From the IMG/VR virus record IMGVR_UViG_3300033407_000063, positions 1-38,225 of that record: DNA of 38,225 bases; one strand, 5' to 3'. Shown here in pieces: positions 28,019-34,744 of this stretch. The position numbers and the translations under genes were made by a program. The first letter of the stretch is position 1. Every line of letters starts with the position of its first letter. A model generated the notes under the pieces. It was not told where the DNA came from and did no database searches. It worked only from the letters and a program-made list of their open reading frames with translations. This stretch comes from a virus (Duplodnaviria; Caudoviricetes).

Positions 28019-28178
28019 CTACCCCACCCCAAAACCCACTATCCAAGCCCCTCCCCCTACACCCCCTCCCCGGATCCAGAACCCAGATCTCGATCCCCCC
28101 TACACTCCACGATCCTCCCCCTCTGACTCCCAACCTTCCCTACATCCTACCAGCACCTCTGTCCTCCGGACGATAACG

Positions 28179-28717
28179 GTACAGCAACTCGTCAACGACC
28201 ATCTTCGGAGGCGGGCTGGTTGGACTGCAAAGGCGAAAGAGCTGGAGGAGGCTGTACAGCAAGGCGGGAGATCTCGAATCCGGTACTACGGGGGAGCGGA
28301 GGGGGAGTCCCACGCACGGGCGTCGCTTCCGAACCCGGGGTGGGGGTGGGGGCGGTCTCCGAGCGGGGCCCACCTTCCGGCCGCTCCTGCGAGCTCTGGC
28401 GCGTTCTCGCGGGCCGTCCCCGGAAGCTCGCCGCCGGCGAGCGACAGCAGCTCGCCCCAGGTCCCGGAGCTCGAGGAAGCCCAGGACCACAGCAGAGCGG
28501 CTTGCTGTACACCGTGTCTATTCTGACACAGTGTAACCCCCTCGGTTACGAAGCACGAAGAGCAGGCGAAGAGCGACGACCTACCCAGCTCCGTTACACC
28601 GTCCCCTGGATCCGGTCCGACGGGCGCACCCGAGGGCCGAGGCCGCGCAGGCTGTCCCAGCTTGCAGCCCTCGAGCTCGAGCCCGCTTGCTGTACATCGC
28701 GCCATCGCTTGCTGTAC
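28179..28717. repeat. Five copies of TTGCTGTAC (two inverted, three direct)
   Basis: GTACAGCAA at 28179 and 28254; GCTTGCTGTAC at 28500, 28685 and 28707. Confidence 0.7.
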
Positions 28718-28823
28718 TTCTGCGTAGCTGGGATACGACACCTATCTCCTGTTGTGCACGCACGTTAGGCCAGCCTGTGGCATCCCAGCTTGACGGCGTC
28801 GTACCTTGCCGTACCCACCCGAG

Positions 28824-28852
28824 TTGACATCCCAGCTTGCCGGTCTTATCAT
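28824..28852 (+). promoter_or_regulatory. Strong sigma70-type early promoter
   Basis: TTGACA, 17-nt spacer, TATCAT; the spacer carries the CCCAGCTTG motif. Confidence 0.8.
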
Positions 28853-28900
28853 CTGTCACGAGGGCGAGGTCATGCCGGCCGCGCCCGAACGGAGGATGCC

Positions 28901-29125
28901 ATGCACAGCAAGCCGACCACGGAAGATCACGCTTGGGCTCGGCGCGCACAGCAAGCTCAGGTCGCCATGCACCAGCTGGCGCTCGTGAGCGACGATGCGA
29001 AGCTCGCCGCCGCTCTCGAGTGCATCGATCCTTACCTCTCGACCTACACGCTGGCGCGCCTGAGCGCCGTCCAGTTGAAGGCGCGCGCGGCGGCGCACGG
29101 ATGCCGCCTCGAGGTGCGCTCGTGA
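28901..29125 (+). CDS. Small early hypothetical protein
   Basis: ATG 28901 after GGAGGATGCC; first gene after the early promoter. Confidence 0.65.
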   Translation: MHSKPTTEDHAWARRAQQAQVAMHQLALVSDDAKLAAALECIDPYLSTYTLARLSAVQLKARAAAHGCRLEVRS

Positions 29126-29319
29126 GCCCGCTCGCCGGCCTCGAGCACAACTACGGGCCCTGGCTCGACGTCCCACCCATCGAGGATCTCGAGCGTCGCT
29201 GCAAGCGTTGCGGCGCGAAGGAGTGGCGCTGGAGGAAGGACGACAGCTTCATATACGGCAACGATCTCTCCCGTCTACCGTGCGTCTTCTTGGTGCACGT
29301 CATGTCGGTGCGCTCGTGA
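29122..29319 (+). CDS. Small hypothetical protein with CxxC
   Basis: GTGA-coupled at both ends; contains CKRC. Confidence 0.55.
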   Translation: MSPLAGLEHNYGPWLDVPPIEDLERRCKRCGAKEWRWRKDDSFIYGNDLSRLPCVFLVHVMSVRS

Positions 29320-29711
29320 GCTGCTCACGACTCGTCGTCACGTACGAGGCGCCGTGCGGCTCGCGGCCGGGCGGCGGCTGCCGCATTGACCTCTGCGAGC
29401 TCCACGCGCACAACGCGGCTACGCGCTGCCCGCATGGCCAGAGCTACTGTCAGGTCTACCGCGGCGCGCACAACGGCCTATGCCTGAGTGAGCGGAGCGA
29501 AGACCCCACGTCGCCCGACTGCCGGCTGTGCAACCTGCACAAGGACCCCGCGGGCAAGCGCGGCACCGTGGATGAGCTCTGCGGCCGCTGCTGCACGCGG
29601 CTCGGCCTCCACGCCCTCGAGCACCCGCACGGCTGCCCGGACCTCGACTGGGAGGATGAGCACGGCGTGCCCGCCTTCGTGCCACAGACGGCCTTCCTGG
29701 GTGTCCTGTGA
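29316..29711 (+). CDS. Cys/His-rich hypothetical protein
   Basis: GTGA-coupled; many Cys and His residues including CxxC pairs. Confidence 0.55.
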   Translation: MSCSRLVVTYEAPCGSRPGGGCRIDLCELHAHNAATRCPHGQSYCQVYRGAHNGLCLSERSEDPTSPDCRLCNLHKDPAGKRGTVDELCGRCCTRLGLHALEHPHGCPDLDWEDEHGVPAFVPQTAFLGVL

Positions 29712-30025
29712 GCCACTACACGATCATCGTAACTTGGGACTGCGAAGGAGCCGACGAGGGCCGGAGCGCTGCCCTGTGGGAGCTCCACGCAACGCTGGCC
29801 GACGCGCGTAAGGCATGGGAGTACATGAAGCGTCACCAGGCGCAATGGCGCCCGGTCGTCTTCGCCTGGCCGCTCGCATGGTGGCGCGGGCCGCGCAAAA
29901 CGGACGCGCGCTTCAAGCGGCTCGTCAAGCTGAGCCGGCTCGCCAGCCGCTTCGAGCAGCGCCAGCCCGAACGCGTGCGCGGGCTCGGAGCTGAGATCGC
30001 GAGGGCAGCGGCTCGCCAGAGGTAG
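29708..30025 (+). CDS. Hypothetical protein
   Basis: 105 aa, GTGA-coupled. Confidence 0.55.
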   Translation: MSHYTIIVTWDCEGADEGRSAALWELHATLADARKAWEYMKRHQAQWRPVVFAWPLAWWRGPRKTDARFKRLVKLSRLASRFEQRQPERVRGLGAEIARAAARQR

Positions 30026-30127
30026 GACGTTGCGATCCTGGGCTCTCCGCGCGAGAGCCCAGCACGCAGCGCCCACAGTCGGGAGCACTCCCGCTCCCAC
30101 GGTAGGGAGCCTGCAAGGACGGAAACC

Positions 30128-31201
30128 ATGGAGCTCTACCAGGCACACAAGCAATGGGCGGAGCGGCCGGCGGATGAGCGCTTCCGCTCGCTGCCCGAGA
30201 TGCACGCCGCCACCCTCGGTTACCGCCAGACGGCAGCCGAGGCCACGGCGCCATACTCGAGCCTTCGCGTCGAGGCCCGCGAGCAAGATCTCGTGCTCGT
30301 CGGCAAGGCCAACGTCCCGGCCCGACTCACGCACTGGGCGATGGGACAGATGAGCGCGCGCGCGGGAGCGCCGGCGGGCTACCTCCGCCAGCTCCCGGCC
30401 ACACTCGCCGCCCAGAATCTAAACCACGGGCTGAAGCAGCTCGGCGAGGGCGCCGGGAGCGCGCAGCTGCTCTTCCACCGGAACGGAGACCTAGTCGTCC
30501 GCGCGGCCACGAGCGAGCGCTACTCCCGGATCTGGAATCACGAGGTGATCGAGCGGCTGCTGCCGTTGCTGGAGTCCGGCTGGACGCTCCCGCCCGTGGG
30601 GATGGACATCGGCCAGGGCCCGGCGCACGGTCTCTACGCGAGCGATCATGACATGTTCGCCTTCCTCATCCGCGACGACCGGCGCATCGCCGACGGCTCG
30701 GGGGGCGGGCTCGCGCGTGGCGTCTTCGTCGTCAACAGCGAGGTGGGCGCGGCCGCCTTGAAGGTCATGACCTTCCTCTACCGCTTCATCTGCGGCAATC
30801 ACATCGTATGGAGCGCCGAGCAGGTTCAGGCGCTCGCGATCCGGCACGTGGGCGCGGCAGACCAGCGCTTCGGACGGCAGCTCGTCGGCGAGCTCCGGCG
30901 CTACGCGGACAGCTCGGCCAGTGACCTCGAGGCCAAGATCGAGAGCGCGCGGCGCTTCGAGCTCGGCCCGGACAAGGACAAGGTCCTTGACGCGGTCTTC
31001 GGGCGCATGCGCGGCGAGCTCTCGAGGAAGCAACTCGCGGCCAGCTACGAAGAGGTGCGGCGGCACCCCGAGGACGGCTCCCCGCGCACGGCGTGGGGCC
31101 TCGCCCAGGGGGTGACGCGGCTCAGTCAGGCCGAGCCGTACGCGGACACGCGGGCCAAGATGGACCGCGCGGCCGGCAAGATCGTGCAGATGGCTTTCTG
31201 A
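30128..31201 (+). CDS. DUF932-like phage/plasmid protein
   Basis: QWAERPADERF, LTHWAMGQ..AGAPAGYLRQLP, LYASDHDMFAFL, NSEVG, RFICGNHIVW and TAWGLAQGVT motifs. Confidence 0.75.
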   Translation: MELYQAHKQWAERPADERFRSLPEMHAATLGYRQTAAEATAPYSSLRVEAREQDLVLVGKANVPARLTHWAMGQMSARAGAPAGYLRQLPATLAAQNLNHGLKQLGEGAGSAQLLFHRNGDLVVRAATSERYSRIWNHEVIERLLPLLESGWTLPPVGMDIGQGPAHGLYASDHDMFAFLIRDDRRIADGSGGGLARGVFVVNSEVGAAALKVMTFLYRFICGNHIVWSAEQVQALAIRHVGAADQRFGRQLVGELRRYADSSASDLEAKIESARRFELGPDKDKVLDAVFGRMRGELSRKQLAASYEEVRRHPEDGSPRTAWGLAQGVTRLSQAEPYADTRAKMDRAAGKIVQMAF

Positions 31202-31218
31202 GGTAGGCCGTTGCGGCT

Positions 31219-31242
31219 CAGGGTCTCCCGCGGGGGACCCTG
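31219..31242 (+). terminator. GC-rich hairpin after the DUF932-like gene
   Basis: CAGGGTCTCCC-GC-GGGGGACCCTG, extendable to about 31206-31254; no U-tract. Confidence 0.4.
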
Positions 31243-31274
31243 GCCGGAGCGGCTTCGCTCCAAAGGAGGATGCC

Positions 31275-31466
31275 ATGAGCCGAATCTACACATGCGCGGA
31301 TTGCGACGGTGCTTACTGCGTCGACTGCGACGGAGGGCTGGACTCTTGCGAGCTCTGCCACAAGGGCCCGTTCTGCGACGACTGCGCGGCTGAAGACCAC
31401 GGGACGGGAGTCTGCACTCATCCTGAGGATGACGAGGCCGAGGCCGAGGAGGTGGGCCGTGGCTGA
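31275..31466 (+). CDS. Small zinc-finger protein (4 x CxxC)
   Basis: CADC, CVDC, CELC, CDDC and an acidic tail; AAGGAGG RBS. Confidence 0.7.
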   Translation: MSRIYTCADCDGAYCVDCDGGLDSCELCHKGPFCDDCAAEDHGTGVCTHPEDDEAEAEEVGRG

Positions 31467-31857
31467 GACGACGACTGTACGCGCGCATTGCGCCGTCCCG
31501 CGGGAGCTTATGATCCGGGCTCGTCGCGCTCTCTATCTGGTGTGGAGGGGCGGACTGGACGGTTGGCCCGATCTGGATGAGGTGGAGCGCACGATCAAGG
31601 AGCTGGATGAGCACACGTACTCACGCGAGCAGCTGGATAAGCTCTGCGAGGCCGAAGATCGCCAGGAGAACCTCGACACGGCCGAGGCTATCGCCGCCGC
31701 GGCCGGCCAGGACGGCATCGTGCAGGCCGAGGACGTGCAGCGTATCGCTCCCGGCCTCGACCCGACGCTCCACACGGCCATGCACCAGTGCGAGCTGGCC
31801 GACCTGCTCGGTTGCCGCGCCGAGCTTGACGAGATCCAGGAGGTGGGCCGTGGCTGA
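31459..31857 (+). CDS. Hypothetical protein
   Basis: GTG 31459 after AGGAGGT. Confidence 0.6.
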   Translation: MAETTTVRAHCAVPRELMIRARRALYLVWRGGLDGWPDLDEVERTIKELDEHTYSREQLDKLCEAEDRQENLDTAEAIAAAAGQDGIVQAEDVQRIAPGLDPTLHTAMHQCELADLLGCRAELDEIQEVGRG

Positions 31858-32092
31858 GGTGGTGACCTGGAACCCGCCCGACGACATGACGGCCGAGGAG
31901 ATGGGGCGGCTTGAGGCTCAGGCCCTGAGCCGCTGGCTGGCGGAGGTGACACACGGCGAGCCCGTCGAGTTTGTCCGGGACGCCGCACACACCGGCTACC
32001 CCGCCGCCTCGGGCTACGCGGCCGAAATGGTGGCGTGCGAGCTGGCCAAGTTGCTGGATGCGCTGGACGATGCGCTGGACGAGTACTACTGA
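31850..32092 (+). CDS. Small acidic hypothetical protein
   Basis: GTG 31850 after AGGAGGT. Confidence 0.6.
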   Translation: MAEVVTWNPPDDMTAEEMGRLEAQALSRWLAEVTHGEPVEFVRDAAHTGYPAASGYAAEMVACELAKLLDALDDALDEYY

Positions 32093-32769
32093 TGGCGGTT
32101 GAGCGCAAGCGCGGCTGCGGCTACAGGAAGGCCGGAGGCCTCTACATCATGGCCGATGCCGGCGGCGGCGAGCCGTGTCACAAGCTGCCCGTCCCGCTCG
32201 CGATTTGCCCGACCTGCGGCGGCGGCGTGAAGCAGGTCCGCGGCTACAGCTGGGCTCAGGTGGCCATGCTCGGCCCTGTGTGCGAGCTAGACCCGTTCCA
32301 CTGCGAGACGTGCCCGACCTGTCAGCCGTCGATCATAGAGGGCGGCCGCTTCGGGCTCCTGTGGGTGGGCCAACAGCACTACAGGACCCCGGGCGCCTTC
32401 CTGGCGGAAGCCCAGGTGATGGGCTTCTCGAAGCGGGTCAACAGCTGGCCTGTGGGCTTCGAGCCCGGGCAGACCTGGCTAGGATTCGCCCACCCGACCG
32501 GTGCTAGACTCCCGGACGAGGCGGGGATCATGCAGCCAGGGCCCGGGCTCTTCCACGTGGCGCGGTCGGTCAGGATGGAGCTCGTCATCACGCCGAGCCT
32601 GCGCGGCGAAGCGTGGGTGAGAAAGTACGAGGAGCAAGGGGCGGTGCTGGTCGAGGTCCCCGACGACGACCCGGACCACGCGCCCAGGATCCGGCACCAC
32701 GCGCGCGGCGAGGCGCTACGGAAGCTCGCCGGAGCGGTTGAGCTGCCGGAGGTAGGAGGCGAGGAGTGA
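32092..32769 (+). CDS. Cys-rich hypothetical phage protein (RGCGYRK motif)
   Basis: TGATG-coupled; RKRGCGYRKAGGLY, CPTC and CETCPTC. Confidence 0.7.
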   Translation: MAVERKRGCGYRKAGGLYIMADAGGGEPCHKLPVPLAICPTCGGGVKQVRGYSWAQVAMLGPVCELDPFHCETCPTCQPSIIEGGRFGLLWVGQQHYRTPGAFLAEAQVMGFSKRVNSWPVGFEPGQTWLGFAHPTGARLPDEAGIMQPGPGLFHVARSVRMELVITPSLRGEAWVRKYEEQGAVLVEVPDDDPDHAPRIRHHARGEALRKLAGAVELPEVGGEE

Positions 32770-32785
32770 AGGCGGAGCACTTGGA

Positions 32786-33214
32786 GTGAACTACAAGCCG
32801 CTTCCGATACCGGTGCCGGTCTGCCACGGTCTCTCGATGACTTACAGCGACGACACCTTGATGTTCCGCTGTGCGACCCTGGGCTGCTCGTACGCCGAGC
32901 CGGCTTACCTGCACTGGGCCCGCGCCAGGGCGGCGCGCAAGGAGTATCACACCTACATGGCGAAGGTCGCGGCCGTGCGCGCCCAGATCCAGGGTGAGCC
33001 CGTGCCCGAGTGGGCGATGGCGGCGCTTGTCCTGGATACGGTCGCTATCCTCGTTCGCGTCGATGAACCGGGGCCTGAGCTAACCACCTTTCACTTCCAC
33101 GTCAACATGGCGAAGATCGCCGCGGACAACGCTCACATCCAGGGAGTGCCCATGCCCGACTGGGCAATGGCTATCCTTAAGAATAAGCTACACTTTTCGC
33201 TGGGGCCGGCGTGA
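32786..33214 (+). CDS. Hypothetical protein with an internal repeat
   Basis: 142 aa; two copies of H..MAK.AA..A.IQG.P.P.WAMA.L. Confidence 0.6.
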   Translation: MNYKPLPIPVPVCHGLSMTYSDDTLMFRCATLGCSYAEPAYLHWARARAARKEYHTYMAKVAAVRAQIQGEPVPEWAMAALVLDTVAILVRVDEPGPELTTFHFHVNMAKIAADNAHIQGVPMPDWAMAILKNKLHFSLGPA

Positions 33215-33663
33215 TGCAGAAGCTCGAGCGCCCGCGGCGCGTGGACGGCCGGCAGACGGCGTGCTCGGTGGTGGACGCGGTCAACCTCGACATCTACCAC
33301 CAGGCCCAGAACGCGCCCGTCATCTACGGACCCAGCGGCAAGCTCAAGGCCATGGCGCAGCGACAGCCCCACGTCGACCACATGGAGGCGTGGCTCGCGC
33401 CCGACCCTGACACCGAGGAGGCCGCGGTCGCCGGCCTGGTGATGGGCGTCGCGTGGCTGGCCGACATGTGGGTCATTCGGCATGGCCGGGGGCTCGTCGA
33501 AACCATGCCCGCTCACATGAGTTGGCTCCGCATCGTAGAGGGGATCGAAGGGCTGCTGCCGCATCTCGAGGTGGGCCGGCTGAGCCGGGCCGCGCTACGC
33601 GACATGCTCGAGCAGCTGCGGCTCAACGAGCTGACGGAAAGCAAGGAGGACGACACGAGATGA
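33211..33663 (+). CDS. Hypothetical protein
   Basis: 150 aa, coupled to both neighbours. Confidence 0.6.
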   Translation: MMQKLERPRRVDGRQTACSVVDAVNLDIYHQAQNAPVIYGPSGKLKAMAQRQPHVDHMEAWLAPDPDTEEAAVAGLVMGVAWLADMWVIRHGRGLVETMPAHMSWLRIVEGIEGLLPHLEVGRLSRAALRDMLEQLRLNELTESKEDDTR

Positions 33664-34025
33664 CAATCGCCATCCGCCCCGCCTGGCTCGCCTGCTGGCT
33701 GCACCCGCGGCGTGTCCACCATGAGCTCGAGCGTCTCAGGCGAGCGATCCGAATTGTCAGGTCGCGCGAGTGGGGCTCTAGGCGCACAGGCTGCCTGGTC
33801 TGCTCGCACAACCGCGCCGAGGGACATGAGCGACGCTGCCTTGTAAGGCGCGTCCTGAGGGCCGCCAGTCGCCTGGAGCGCAGCTCGTGCCAGCGCCACG
33901 GCACGCCTGCAGGCGAGTTCTGCGGGCCCTGTGCCCAGCAGGCCGGGCACGCCGGCCTCAAGGCCATGTACAGGTGCGAGACCTGCGGGACGCGCCACGG
34001 CGGGCGCTGCGGGGAGGACATTTGA
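33660..34025 (+). CDS. Cys/His-rich hypothetical protein
   Basis: ATG 33660 after AAGGAGG; CLVC, CQRH, CGPC and CETC. Confidence 0.6.
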   Translation: MTIAIRPAWLACWLHPRRVHHELERLRRAIRIVRSREWGSRRTGCLVCSHNRAEGHERRCLVRRVLRAASRLERSSCQRHGTPAGEFCGPCAQQAGHAGLKAMYRCETCGTRHGGRCGEDI

Positions 34026-34126
34026 AACGTGACATAAGGCGCGAGCTGCCCGAGCTGGCCTCCGCGGTGGCGCTGCTCTGGGTGCTCCTGCTCCTGGGGC
34101 TGGTCTTGCTGGGGTTCGCACGATGA
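34022..34126 (+). CDS. 34-aa single-pass membrane peptide
   Basis: TTG after GGAGGA, coupled on both sides; LASAVALLWVLLLLGLVLLGF. Confidence 0.5.
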   Translation: MKRDIRRELPELASAVALLWVLLLLGLVLLGFAR

Positions 34127-34341
34127 AGCTATTGACCCCCAAGGTCCGCGAAGCGCTCGAGGCGGCGCGCGACACGATAGAGCGGTATCACTCGCCCGCC
34201 TATCTGTGGCCCGAGGCGTGTGGTGAGTGTAACGCGCTCCAGCTGATCCACGATGCCCTGGCTAAGGACGGCCGTGTCATGCTGCGGCGCGAGGCGCTCA
34301 GAGATTCGCCTGCCGCGCAGCCTCGCGACGGAAGCGCCTGA
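34123..34341 (+). CDS. Small hypothetical protein (CxxC)
   Basis: 72 aa, ATGA-coupled. Confidence 0.5.
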   Translation: MKLLTPKVREALEAARDTIERYHSPAYLWPEACGECNALQLIHDALAKDGRVMLRREALRDSPAAQPRDGSA

Positions 34342-34669
34342 CGTTGCGCTCCCACTCCTCCTGCGCGCGCTCGGCCGCGGCCTTCTCGGCCTGCCGGTCG
34401 AGCCACATCTGCCGCTCCCGGGCGCTGCAGTACCTGAGGAACCGAGCGATGCCAGCTTGCCGGGCCTGCTCACGCCGCTCCTGGGCCTTGGCCGCGCGCT
34501 CCTCGTCGGTCAGCTGTGCCCAGCGCGCTGCGCTGGCCTTGGCCTGGAAGGCCTGTTTCTCCTCGTCCGTCTTGAACTTGGCAAACCGAGCCTTACCGCC
34601 CTTGCGGGCGCGCTCGCGGAAGCGGTCGCGACGGTCCTGCTTCTCTTGCCAGGTCATTTGGCGGGCCAT
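34298..34669 (-). CDS. Basic helical protein with a KGG-like motif; possible leaderless regulator
   Basis: MARQMTWQEK...ARKGGKAR; ATG lies 7 nt after TGaTAAGCT; fills the only gap in the + strand operon. Confidence 0.6.
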   Translation of the reverse strand: MARQMTWQEKQDRRDRFRERARKGGKARFAKFKTDEEKQAFQAKASAARWAQLTDEERAAKAQERREQARQAGIARFLRYCSARERQMWLDRQAEKAAAERAQEEWERNVRRFRREAARQANL

Positions 34670-34676
34670 GATTCTG

Positions 34677-34725
34677 AGCTTATCACGGCCGGGGGTTGAC
34701 AACCCAGCTTGGACGGTCTTATCCT
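34677..34725. promoter_or_regulatory. Divergent promoter pair with palindrome
   Basis: On +: TTGACA (34696), 18-nt spacer, TATCCT. On -: extended -10 TGaTAAGCT. Palindrome GGGTTG-A-CAACCC (34693-34705). Confidence 0.65.
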
Positions 34726-34744
34726 CTGGTCGAAGGAGGATGCC

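Noticed and set aside
28140-28790. Several 100-190-aa ORFs in the central region
   Set aside because: No RBS or coupling, low-complexity R/P/G translations, and they overlap repeats and promoters; treated as non-coding.
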